A stretch of DNA of 64,000 nucleotides from assembly GCF_009834535.1 (NCBI RefSeq), contig NC_045697.1, positions 120,344,001 to 120,408,000 on the forward strand. The letters run 5' to 3'. Under the pieces are notes generated by a model, which was not told where the DNA came from, did not search any database, and was given only the letters and a program-made list of their open reading frames with translations. Of the stretch, positions 26,879-40,400 are shown piece by piece. The position numbers and the translations under genes were made by a program. Position 1 is the first letter of the stretch, and every line of letters begins with the position of its first letter. The DNA comes from Camelus ferus. Taxonomy: Eukaryota.

Positions 26879-29007
26879 TTCTATTAGAACCAGGGCGCTG
26901 CTGTATGTTGGAGGAACCTCCAAACACTCAGGATTAACAAACACGTCTTTGCTTGGGGAATTGGGAAGCCCCACTAAACACACATGGCTGAGGGAACAAG
27001 TTATTCCCTGTTAGGTAGAAGTCCGATAATTTCCTCTACAGACCATCGTGGGGCAATCGCTGCTACTTGGATTTCCATCTCAACCCCCAGTATTCTCTTG
27101 CAGCCCGGCTTGGGGAAACACAAAGGGAAAAGTATCTACTGGTGCTATTAGAACAAATGCACTGCTGACAATTGTGGAAAACTTCGAACACTCATGATAA
27201 CAGAGCACATCTTTCTGTGTGTGATGGAGTATTAAAACACACTCCAGGCATTTTTCTGTGGATCCAGTTTTTCCCAGGTTGGGAGATGTCGGCTAGATTC
27301 CTTCACTACCCAAGGGGATGCAATGACTTCTTCTTCATTTTCAAGCCCAACTCCCAACTTACCCTTGCATCCCGGTCTTGGATTATACCCAGGGATGACA
27401 GTCTAAGTGATTTTATCAGAGCTACGATGCTGCAGTCTTTTTTAGGAACTTCCAGACGCTTAGGATTCAGGATCACTGCTATGCATGTGGGTATCTTTGG
27501 AGACCCACAGCACAGAGACGGCTCGGGGTTCATGATTTTCCCTGTTAGGGAGACGTCCGCTAATTACCTTCACAGTCCATCTCTGGTCACTCGCTGCTAC
27601 ATGTCTTTCCAGCGCAAGCGCAGCATTCCCTAGCAGAACGGCCTGGGAAAATACTCAGGGATAATATGCTGTTGGTTGTATTGGAACCCAGTCGCTACCT
27701 ACCGTTTTAGGCTCCTTCCGACATCTGGGATAACAGAAGAAATCTTTGTGTGTCTGATGGAGATGGGTAAACAAACTCCACGCATGTTTCAGGGGGCACA
27801 GGTGTTCCAAGTCTGTGGGACGTCGGAAAATTACCTCAAATTCTCATGGCGAGTATCTCACATCTGCTACAAATTACAGCCAAACCCACAGCTTTACCTA
27901 GCAGCTAGACGTGTGAAAACTCTCACGGAAATTTAAATACAGGTTCTATTAGAACCCAGGAGCTGCTGATATTTGTAGAATCCTCCCCATACTCAGGAGA
28001 GCAGAACACGTCTTTGTGTGTGATGGACAAGAAAAATAAACTCCAGGCATATTCCTGGGGTTACAGCTGTTCCCAGGTTTTGGGATGTCACCTAATTACC
28101 TCCACTGCCACTGGGGAGGCGATCTATACTTCTTCGCTTTGCAGACCATCTCCCAAATTTCCCTTACAGCCCGGCCTAAGAAAACACCTAGGGATGACAA
28201 TATTAGTGATTCTATCAGAACCCCGGCGTTACTGTCTCTTTGAGGAACCTCCAAAACTTCAGGATTCTGGAACAAGTCTTTGAGTGTGGGGAGTTGTGGA
28301 ACCCCAATTCACGCAGATGAATGGGGTCACAGATTTATCCCTGTTAGGGAGAAGTCTGCTAATTACCTCCACAGTGCATCTTGGGGCACTCGCTGCTTCT
28401 TAGATTGTCAGTCTATCCCCCAGTTTTCACTCACAGCCCGGGGTTGTAAAACACTCAATGATAATAAGCTAGGTTTCTATTGGATCCCAGGTGCTGCAGA
28501 CAATTGTAGGACCTTCCCCACACTGAGAATAACAGAACAATACTTAGAGTGTCTGATTTAGATGGGTAAACTAAATCCACGCATGTTTCAGGTTGTATAG
28601 GCTTTCCTAGGTTGTGGGATTTCGGATATTTACATCCACTCTCCATGGGGAGTCCCTTGCAGTTTCTTGGATTCCAGCCCAACACCCAGAGTTCCCTTGC
28701 ATCCCGGCCTGTGAAAACACTCAGGGATAAAAAGCTACAGTTTCTATAAGGACTAAGGCGCTCCTGACAGTTGTAGAAACCTCCCTACACTAAGGAAAAC
28801 AGAACACAGCTTTGTGTGTGTGATGGAGTAGGAAAACACAGTAAGGCATATATCTGGTGTGCAGGTGTTCGCAGGATGGGAAATGTTGGCTAATTACCTC
28901 CACTGCCCATGGGGAAGCACTCTATTCTTCTTCGATATCCAGCCTTAATCCTAGCATTCCCTTGCAGCCCGACCATGGAAAACACCCAGGGATGACAAAC
29001 TAAATCA
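26879..29007 (+). repeat. Truncated chimeric 8-mer (A B C D E joined to J K L) at the domain boundary
   Basis: A B C D E without N, as in the left domain, runs directly into a right-domain J (ccccggcgttactgtctct) at ~28220; F G H I are missing; length 2129 = 8 monomers. Confidence 0.85.
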
Positions 29008-32000
29008 TTCTATCAGAACCAGGGCGCTGCTGTATGTTGGAGGAACCTCCAAACACTCAGGATTCCGGAACACGGATTTGCTTGGTGCGAATTGTGAAGC
29101 CCCACAGCACACTCATTACTGGGGCCCAAGATTTTCCCTTTTAGGGCCAAGTCCGCTAATTACCACCATAGTCTATCTCGGGGCACTCTCTGCTGCTTGG
29201 ATTTCCAGCCCAAACCCAAACTTTCACACGCACCCCGGCCTGGGAATACACACAGGGAAAATATGTTATTGGTTATAACGGAACCCAGTCTCTACCTACA
29301 GTTGTAGGTACCTTCCCACAACTAGGATAAAAGAAAAAACATTTGTGTGTCTGATGGAGATGGGAAAAACAAACTCCAAGCATATATCAGGGGGCTTAGT
29401 TGTTCCAAGGTTGGGGGACGTCGGAAAATTACCTCAAATTCTCATGGGGAGTAACTCGCTGCTGCTACGAATTACAGCCAAGCCCACAGTTTTACCTCGC
29501 AGCCAGGCCTGTGAAAACACTCACGGAAAACAAAATACTGGTGCTACTAGAACCCAGGCGCTGCTGAAAGATGTAGAATCCTCCCCACACTCAGGATAGC
29601 AGAACAAATTTTTGTGTGTGTGATGGTGTAGGAAAATACACTCCAGGCATGTTTCTGGGGGTACAGCTGTTCCCAGGTTTGGAGATGTCACCTAATTACC
29701 TCCACTTCCAATGGGGAGGCAATCTATACTTCTTCGCTTTCCAGACCAACTCCTAGCTTACCTTTGAAGCCCGGCCTAAGAATTCACCTAGGGATGACAA
29801 TATTTGTGATTCTATCAGAACCCCCGCTCTGCTGCCTGTTGGAGGTACAACACACACTCAAAATTCCGGAACATGGCTTTGCTTGGTGGAGGTGTGGAGA
29901 CCAACTCCACAAGATGACTGGAGGAACATTTTCTCTCTGTTTTGGAGAAGTCCGCTAATTAACTCTACAGTCAATTTCTGGGCAATCCTTGCTACTTGGC
30001 TTTCCAGCCGAACCCCCATTTTCCCTCGCAGCCCGCCCTGGAAAACACTCAGAGATTATAAGCTAGTGTTTCTATTGGAACCAAGGCACTGCAGACCGTT
30101 GTAGGAAGCTCCACACACGAAGGATAACAGAACACCTTTTTCTGTCTGATTGAGATGGTAAAAACTCCACGCATGTTTCAGGGGGTACAGGTTTTCCTAG
30201 ATTGGGGGAGGTCAGATTATTCCCATTAATGCCCATGTGGAGGTAATCGCTCCTGCTTGGATTTCCATCCCATCCCCCAGTTTCCCTTGCAACCCAGTCA
30301 GAGAAAACAGTCATGAAATTTAGCTAAAATTTCTATTAGAACCCAGGCGCTGCTGACAGTTGTAGAAACCTCCCCATACACAGGGTAACAGAACACTTCT
30401 TTGTGTGTGTGATGGAGTAGGAAAACACTGTCCATGCATGTTCCCGGGGTGCAAGTGTAACCAAGTTGGGAGACGTTGGCTAAGTATCTCTGCAGCGCAT
30501 GTGAAGGCACTCAGTTTTCTTCGTTTTCAAGCCCAACTCCCAGCATTCCCTTGCAGACCGGACAAGTGAAACACCCAGGGATGAAAAACTAAGTGATTCT
30601 ATCAGTACCACGGCGCTGCTGTCTGTTGGAGGTACCTCCACACACACAGGATTAACAAACAAGTCTTTACTTGGGGGAATTGTGAAGCCCCACTCCACAC
30701 ACATGGATGGGGTAACAAGTTTTACCCTGTTAGGTAGAATTCCGCTAATTACCTCTACAGACCATCGTGGGGCACTCGTTGCTACTTGGAATTCCATCCC
30801 AACCCCCAGGTTTCCCTTGCAGCCCGGCCTGGGGAAACAAAAATGGAAAAGAATCTATAGGTTCTAATAGTACACATGCGCTGCTGAAAATTGTGGAAAA
30901 CTTCTAACACTCATTGTAAGAGAGCACATCTTTCTGTGTGTGATGCAATAGTAAAACACAATCCAGGCATTTTTATGGGGATCCAGTTATTCCCATGTTG
31001 GGAAATGTCGGCTAGTTTCCTTCACTGCCCATGGGGATGCATTGACTTCTTCTTCGTTTTCAAGACCAACTCCCAACTTTCCCTTGCATCCCGGTCTTGG
31101 ATTATACCCAGGGATGACAGTCTAATTGATTTTATCAGAGCTACGAAGTTGCTGTCTTTTTTAGGAACTACCAGAAACTTAGGATTCTGGATCACGGCTA
31201 TGCTTGGGGGTAGGTATGGAGATGCACACCATAGAGATGGCTGGGGGCACAGGTTTTTCCCTGTTAGGGTGATGTCCGCTAATTACCTCCACAGTCCATC
31301 TAAGGTCACTCGCGTCTACATGGCTTTCAAGCGCAAGCGCAGCATTCCTTCGAAGGCCGGCCTGGGAAAACAATCAGGGATAATAAGCCAGTGGTTCTAT
31401 TGGAACCCAGGTGCTGCAGAACATTGTAGGATACTCCCCACACCCAGGAAAATAGAACAATTTTGTGTGTCTCATGCAGTTTGGTAAACAAACTCCACCC
31501 GTTTTCCAGGGGGTTAAGGTGTTCCTAGTTAATGGGATTTCGGGTAATTCACTCCAGTGCCCATGGGGAGGCACTCGCTCCTGCTTGGCTTTCCAGCCCA
31601 AACCCCATATTTCGCTCTCAGCCCGGCCTGGGAAATCACTCAGGGATAATATGCTATTGGTTTTATTGGAACCCAGTCGCTACCTACCGTTTTAGGCTAC
31701 TTCCCACGTCTGGGATAACAGAAGAAATCTTTGTTTGTCTGATGGAGATGGGTAAACAAACTCCACGCATGTTTCAGGGGGCACAGTTGTTCCAAGGATG
31801 TGGGACGTCGGAAAATTACCTCAAATTCTCCTGGGGTGTATCTCACTGCTTCTACGAATTACAGCCAAACCCACAGATTTACCTCGCAGCTAGGCGTATG
31901 AAAACACTCACGGAAAATAAAATACTGGTGCTATTAGAACCCAGGCCCTGCTGATATTTGTATAATCCTCCCCACTCTCAGGATAGCAGAACACATCTTT

Positions 32001-35000
32001 GTGTGTTTGATAGTGGAGAAAAATACACTCCAGGCATATTTCTGGTGGTACAGCTTTTCCCAGGATTGGAGATGTCGCCAAATTACCTCCACTGTCAATG
32101 GGGAGGCAATCTATACTTCTTCGCTTTGCAGAACATCTCCCAAATTTCCTTACAGCCCGGCCTAAGAAAACACCTAGGGATGACAATATTAGAGATTCTA
32201 TGAGAAACCCGGCGCTGCTGTCTGTTGGAGGTACAAAACAGACTCAAAATTCCGGAGCAAGAATTTCCTTGGGGGAGGTGTAGAGCCCCACACCACACAG
32301 ATGCCTGGGGTCACAGATTTTCCTTGTTTATGAGAAGTCTGCTAAATACCTCTACAGTCAATCTCTGGGCAGTCACTGCTACTTGGCTTTCCAGACGATC
32401 CCCCAGGTTTCCCTCGCAGCCCGCCCTGGTAAACACTCAGAAATAATAAGTAAATTGTTCTATTGGGACACAAGCACTGCAGACCGTTGTAGGAACCTCA
32501 GCACACGCAGGATAACAGAAAAAATTTTTTGTGTCTCATTGAGATGGTAAAAGCTCCACGCATGTTTCAGGGTGTACTGGTGTTCCTAGGTTGTGGGAGG
32601 TCAGATACATCACACTACAGCCCATGGGGAAATACTCACTCCTGCTTGGCTTTCCAGCCCATACCCCAGTTCCTATGCAACCCAGCCTGAGAAAACAATC
32701 AGGAAATATAGCTAAATTTTCTATCAGGACCCCGGTGCTGCAGTCTGTTTTAGGAACTTCCACACACACAGGATTCCCAAACACGACTTTGCTTGGAAGA
32801 ATTTTGAAGCCCCAATCCACACACATGGCTGGGGGAACAAGTATTCCCCTGTTAAGGAGAAGTCCGCTAATTAGCTCTACAATCCATCTCGGGCACCCTC
32901 TGCTACTTGGAATTCCAGCCCAACCCCCATGTTTCCCTTGCAGCCCGGCCTGGTGTAACACAGAGGGAAAAGAAGCTATTGTTGCTATTTGAACCCATGC
33001 CAGGCTGACAATTGTGGAAACCTTCGAACACTCAGGATAACAGAACATATCTTTCTGTGTGTGATGGAGTAGGAAAACACACTCCAGGCATTTTCCTGGG
33101 GATCCAGGTTTTCCCAGGTTGGGAGATGTCGGCTAGATTCCTTCAGGGCCCATGGGGGGGCACTGTATTCTTCTTCGTTTTCAAGCCCAACTCCCAGCTT
33201 TCCCTTGCAGCCCGGACAAGTGAAACACCCATGGATGACAACTAAGTGATTCTGTCACAACCCCGGCATTGCTGTCTGTTGGAGGAACCTCCAAACCTTC
33301 AGGATTCTGGAACACGTCTTTGAGTGTGGGGAGTTGTGGAACCCCAATCCACGCAGATGGATGGGGTCACAGAAATGTCCTTGTTAGGGAGTAGTCCTCT
33401 AATTACCTCCACAGTGCATCAAGGGGCACTCGCTGCTTCTTAGATTTTCAGTTTATCCCCCAGTTTTCACTTGCAGCCCGGCCTTGAAAACACTCAGTGA
33501 TAATAATCTAGGTTTCTATTGGAACCCAGGTGCTACAGACAATTGTAGGCACATCCCCACACTCAGAATAACAGAACAATAATTTGAGTGTCTGATTTAG
33601 ATGGGTAAAGTAAATCATCGCTTTTTTGAGGTTGTATAGGCGTACCTCGGTTGTGGGAAGTTGGATATTTACATCCACTCTCCATGGTGAGTCCCTTGAA
33701 GTTGCTTGGATTCCATCCCAACCCCCAGCGTTCCCTCACATCCCGGCCTGTGAAAAAACTCAGGGAAAAAATGCTGCAGTTTCTATAAGAACTAAGGCGC
33801 TCCTGACAGTTGTAGAAACCTCCCTACACAAAGGAAAACAGAACACATCTTTGTGTGTGTGATGGGGTCAGAAAACACAGTAAGGCATGTCTCTGGGGTG
33901 CAGGTGTTCGCAGGATGGGAAATGTTGGTTAATTACCTCCACTGACCGTGGTGAAGCACTCTATTCTTCTTCGATTTCCAGCCCTAAACTTAGCATTCCC
34001 TTGCAGCCCGACCGTGGAAAACACCCAGGGATGACAAACTAAATCATTCTATCGGAACCAGGGCGCTGCTGTATGTTGGAGGAACCTCCAAACACTCAGG
34101 ATTAACAATCACGTCTTTGCTTGGTGCGAATTGTGAATCCCCAAAGCACACTCATTGCTGGGGCCCAAGATTTTCCCTTTTAGGGCCAATTCCGCTAATT
34201 ACCTCAATAGTCCATCTCGGGGCAACCGCTGCTAGTTGGATTTCCAGTCCAAACCCTAGATTTCCCTCACAGCCCGTCCCTGGGAAACACAAATGGAAAA
34301 GAATCTACAGGTGCTATTAGAACAAATGCTCTGCTGACAATTTTCGAAAACTTCGAACACTCATGATAACAGAGCACATTTTTCTGTGTGTGATAGTGTA
34401 GTAAAACACACTCCAGGCATTTTTTTGGGATCCAGTTTTTCCCAGTTTGAGAGATGTTGGCTAGATTCCTTCAGTGCCCTTGTGGATGCATTGACTTCTT
34501 TTTCGTTTTCAAGCCCAACTCCCAAATTTCCCTTGCATTCCGGTCTTTTATTATACCGAGGGGTGACAGTCTAAGTGATTTTATCAGAGCTACGATGCTG
34601 CTGTCTTTTTTAGGAACTTCCAAATCCTTAGGAATCTGGATCACGGCTATGCTTGTGGGTAGATTTGGAGACTCAAACCACAGAGATGTCTGGGGGCACA
34701 GGTTTTTCCCTGTTAGGGAGATGTCCGCTAATTACCTCCACAGTCCATCTCGGGTCACTCGCTGCTACATGGCTTTCCAGCGCAAGCGCAGCATTCCCTC
34801 GCAGGCCGGCCTGGGAAAACAATCAGGGATAATAATCCAGTGGTTCTATTGGAACCCAGGTGCTGCATAATATTGTAGGATACTCCCCACACCCAGGAAA
34901 ACAGAACACATTTTGTGTGTCTCATGCAGTTTGGTAAACAATTTCCACGCGTGTTTCAGGGGGTTAAGGTGTTCTTAATTAGTGGGAGTTCGGGTAATTA

Positions 35001-37497
35001 CCTCCAAAGCCCATGGGGAGGCACTCGCTCCTGCTTGCCTTTCCAGCCAAATCCCCAGCTTTCCCTCTCAGCCCGGCCTGGTAAAACACTCAGGGATAAT
35101 ATGCTAATGGTTGTATAGGAACCCAGGCGCTACCTACAGTTGTAGGCTCCTTCCCACATCTGGGATAACAGAAGAAATATTTGTGTGTCTGATGGAGATG
35201 GGTAAACAAACTCCACGCATGTTTCAGGGGGCACAGTTGTTCCAAGGCTTTGGGACGTCGGAAAATTACCTCAAATTCTAATGGGGAGTATCTCACTGCT
35301 GCTATGTATTACAGCCAAGCCCACAGGTTTACCTCGCATCTAGGCGTGTGAAAACACTCACGGAAAAGAATAGTCTGTTGCTACAAGAACCCAGGCGCTT
35401 CTGATATTTGTAGAATCCTCCCCACACTCAGGATATCAGAACAACTCTTTGTGTGTGTGATGGTGTAGAAAAATACACTCCAGTCATTTTTCTGGTTGTA
35501 CAGCTGTTCCCAGGTGTGGAGATGTCGCCAGATTACCTCCACTGCCAATGGGGAGGCAATCTATACTTCTTCGCTTTGCAGACCATCTCCCAAATTTCCC
35601 TTACAGCCCGGCCTAAGAAAACACCAAGTGATGGCAATATTAGTGATTCTATGAGAAACACGGCGCTCCTGTCAGTTGGAGGTACAACACAGACTCAAAA
35701 TTACGGAGCAAGTATTTGCTTGGGGGAGGTGTGGAGCCCCACAACACACAGATGCCTTGGGTCACAGATTTTCCTTGATTATGAGAATTCTGCTAATTAA
35801 CTCTACAGTCAATCTCTGTGCACTCGTTGATACTTGGATTTCCAGGCGAACCGCAAGCTTTCCCTCGCAGCCCACCCTGGAAAACTCTCAGAGATTCTAA
35901 GTTAATAGATCTATTGGAACACAAACACTGCAGACCGTTGTAGGAACCCCCGCACACGCAGGATAACAGAAAAATTTTTTATGTCTCTTTGAGATGGTAA
36001 AAGCTCCACGCATGTTTCAGGGTGTACTGGTGTTCCTAGGTTGTGGGAGGTCAGATACATCCCACTACAGCCCATGGGGTAGTATTCGCTCCTGCTTGGC
36101 TTTGCAGACCATCCCCCAGTTTCCTATGCAACCCAGCCTGAGAAAACAATCAAGAAATGTAGCTAAATTTTCTATCAGAATCCCGGTGCTGCAGTCTGTT
36201 GTAGGAAATTCCACACACACAGGATTACCAAACACTGCTTTGCTTGGTAGAGTTTAGAAGCCCCAATCCACACACATGGCTGGGGCACAAGTATTTCCCT
36301 GTTAGGGAGAAGTCCGCTAATTAGCTCTACAGTCCATCTCGGGCACCCGCTGCTCCTTGGAATTCCAGACCAACCCACATGGTTCCCTTGCAGCCAGGCC
36401 TGGGGTAACACAGAGGGAAAACAAGCTATTTGTGCTATTGGATCCCATGCCCTGCTGACATTTGTGGAAACCTTCGAACAATCAGGATAACAATACATAT
36501 CTTTCTGTGTGTGATGGAGAAGGAAAACACAATCCAGCAATTTTTCTGGGGATCCAGGTTTTCCCAGGTTTGGAGATGTCGGCTAGATTCCTTCAGTGCC
36601 CATGCGGTGGCACTGTCTTCTTCTTCGTTTTCAAGCCAAACTCCCAGCATTCCCATGCAGCCCGGACAAGTGAAACACCCATGGATGACAAATAAGTGAT
36701 ACAATCAGAACCCCGCAATTGCTGTCTCTTCGAGGAACCTCCAAAACTTCAGGATTCTGGAACAAGTCTTTGAGTGTGGGGAGTTGTGGAACCCCAATTC
36801 ACGCAGATGAATGGGGTCACAGATTTATCCCTGTTAGGGAGAAGTCTGCTAATTACCTCCACAGTGCATCTTGGGGCACTCGCTGCTTCTTAGATTTTCA
36901 GTCTATCCCCCAGTTTTCACTCACAGCCCGGGCTTGTAAAACACTTAATGATAATAAGCTATGTTTCTTTTGGAACCCAGGTGCTGCAGACAATTGTAGG
37001 ACCTTCCCCACACTGAGAATAACAGAACAATACTTAGAGTGTCTGATTTAGATGGGTAAACTAAATCCACACATGTTTCAGGTTGTATAGGCTTTCCTAG
37101 GTTGTGGGATTTCGGATATTTACATCCACTCTCCATGGGGAGTCCCTTGCAGTTTCTTGGATTCCAGCCCAACACCCAGAGGTCCCTTGCATCCCGGCCT
37201 GTGAAAACACTCAGGGATAAAAAGCTACAGTTTCTATAAGGACTAAGGCGCTCCTGACAGTTGTAGAAACCTCCCTACAGTAAGGAAAACAGAACACAGC
37301 TTTGTGTGTGTGATGGAGTAGGAAAACACAGTAAGGCATATATCTGGTGTGCAGGTGTTCGCAGGATGGGAAATGTTGGCTAATTACCTCCACTGCCCAT
37401 GGGGAAGCACTCTATTCTTCTTCAATATCCAGCCCTAATCCTAGCATTCCCTTGCAGCCCGACCATGGAAAACACCCAGGGATGACAAACTAAGTCA
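29008..37497 (+). repeat. 32-mer HOR copy 1 (6-mer 29008-30596, 13-mer 30597-34046, 13-mer 34047-37497)
   Basis: Order P D'' E'' F'' G'' M / A' B C N D E F G H I J K L / P' B C N D E F G H I J K L. The ORF track recurs at +8490 (29345 vs 37835; 30891 vs 39381), and 8490/32 = 265.3. Confidence 0.93.
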
Positions 37498-40400
37498 TTC
37501 TATCAGAACCAGGGCGCTGCTGTATGTTGGAGGAACCTCCAAACACTCAGGATTCCTGAACACGGATTTTCTTGTTGCGAATTGTGAAGCCCCACAGCAC
37601 ACTCATTACTGGGGCCCAAGATTTTCCCTTTTAGGGCCAAGTCCGCTAATTACCACCATAGTCTATCTCGGGGCACTCTCTGCTACTTGGATTTCCAGCC
37701 CAAACCCAAACTTTCCCTCACAGTCCGGCCTGGGAAAACACACAGGGAAAATTTATTATTTATTGTAATGGAACCCAGGCTCTACCTAACATTGTAGGTA
37801 CCTTCCCACAACTAGGATAAAAGAAGAAACATTTGTGTGTCTGATGGAGATGGGAAAAACAAACTCCAAGCATATATCATGGGGCTTAGTTGTTCCAAGG
37901 TTGGGGGACGTCGGAAAATTACCTCAAATTCTCATGGGGAGTAACTCGCTGCTGCTACGAATTACAGCCAAGCCCACAGTTTTACCTCGCAGCCAGGCCT
38001 GTGAAAACACTCACGGAAAACAAAATACTGGTGCTACTAGAACCCAGGCGATGCTGAAAGATGTAGAATCCTCCCCACACTCAGGATAGCAGAACAAATT
38101 TTTGTGTGTGTGATGGTGTAGGAAAATACACTCCAGGCATGTTTCTGGGGGTACAGCTGTTCCCAGGTTTGGAGATGTCACCTAATTACCTCCACTTCCA
38201 ATGGGGAGGCAATCTATACTTCTTCGCTTTCCAGACCAACTCCTAGCTTACCTTTGAAGCCCGGCCTAAGAATTCACCTAGGGATGACAATATTAGTGAT
38301 TCTATCAGAACCCCCGCTCTGCTGCCTGTTGGAGGTACAACACACACTCAAAATTCCGGAACATGGCTTTGCTTGGTGGAGGTGTGGAGACCAACTCCAC
38401 AAGATGACTGGGGGCACATTTTCTCTCTGTTTTGGAGAAGTCCGCTAATTAACTCTACAGTAAATTTCTGGGCAATCCTTGCTACTTGGCTTTCCAGCCG
38501 AAACCCAATTTTCACTCGCAGCCCGCCCTGGAAAACACTCAGAGGTTATAAGCTAGTGGTTCTATTGGAACCAAGGCACTGCAGACCGTTGTAGGAAGCT
38601 CCACACACGAAGGATAACAGAACACCTTTTTCTGTCTGATTGAGATGGTAAAAATTCCACGCATGTTTCAGGGGTTACAGGTTTTCCTAGATTGGGGGAG
38701 GTCAGATTATTCCCATTAATGCCCATGTGGAGGTAATCGCTCCTGCTTGGATTTCCATCCCATCCCCCAGTTTCCCTTGCAACCCAGTCAGAGAAAACAG
38801 TCATGAAATTTAGCTAAAATTTCTATTAGAACCCAGGCGCTGCTGACAGTTGTAGAAAGCTCCCCATACACAGGGTAACAGAACACTTCTTTGTGTGTGT
38901 GATGGAGTAGGAAAACACTGTCCATGCATGTTCCCGGGTTGCAAGTGTAACCAAGTTGGGAGACGTTGGCTAAGTATCTATGCAGCGCATGTGAAGGCAC
39001 TCAGTTTTCTTCGTTTTCAAGCCCAACACCCAGCATTCCCTTGCAGCCCGGACAAGTGAAACACCCAGGGATGAAAAACTAAGTGATTCTATCAGTACCA
39101 CGGCGCTGCTGTCTGTTGGAGGTACCTCCACACACACAGGATTAACAAACAAGTCTTTACTTGGGGGAATTGTGAAGCCCCACTCCACACACATGGCTGG
39201 GGTCACATGTTTTTCCCTGTTAGGTAGAAGTCCACTAATTACCTCTAAAGACCATCGTGGGGCACTCGTTGCTACTTGGAATTCCATCCCAACCCCCAGG
39301 TTTCCCTTGCAGCCCGGCCTGGGGAAACAAAAATGGAAAAGAATCTATAGGTTCTAATAGTTCATATGCGCTGCTGAAAATTGTGGAAAACTTCGAACAC
39401 TCATGGTAAGAGAGCACATCTTTCTGTGTGTGATGCAGTAGTAAAACACAATCCAGGCATTTTTATGGGGATCCAGTTATTCCCATGTTGGGAGATGTCG
39501 GCTAGTTTCCTTCACTGCCCATGGGGATGCATTGACTTCTTCTTCATTTTCAAGCCCAACTCCCAACTTTCCCTTGCATCCCGGTCTTGGATTATACCCA
39601 GGGATGACAGTCTAATTGATATTATCAGAGCTACGATTCTGCTGTCTTTTTTAGGAACTTCCAGACACTTAGGATTCTGGATCACGGCTATGCTTGGGGG
39701 TAGGTATGGAGATGCACACCACAGAGATGGCTGGGGGCACAGGTTTTTCCCTGCTAGGGAGATGTCCACTAATTACCTCCACAGCCCATCTCGGGTCACT
39801 CGCTGCTACATGGCTTTCCAGCGCAAGCGCAGCATTTCTTCGAAGGCCGGCCTGGGAAAACAATCAGGGATAATAAGCCAGTGGTTCTATTGGAACCCAG
39901 GTGCTGCAGAACATTGTAGGATACTCCCCACACCCAGGAAAAAAGAACAATTTTTGTGTGTCTCATGCAGTTTGGTAAAAAATTCCACCCGTTTTCAATG
40001 GGGTTAAGGTGTTCCTAGTTAATGGGATTTCGGGTAATTCCCTCCAGTGCCCATGGGGAGGCACTCGCTCCTGCTTGGCTTTCCAGCCCAACCCCCAGCT
40101 TTCCCTCTCAGCCCGGCCTGGGAAATCACTCAGGGATAATATGCTATTGGTTTTATTGGAACCCAGTGGCTACCTACCGTTGTAGGCTCCTTCCCACACC
40201 TGGGATAACAGAAGAAATCTTTGTTTGTCTGATGGAGATGGGTAAACAAACTCCACGCATGTTTCAGGGGGCACAGGTGTTCCAAGGCTGTGGGACGTCG
40301 GAAAATTACCTCAAATTCTCCTGGGGTGTATCTCAATGCTTCTACGAATTACAGCCAAACCCTCAGATTTACCTCGCAGCTAGGCGTGTGAAAACACTCA

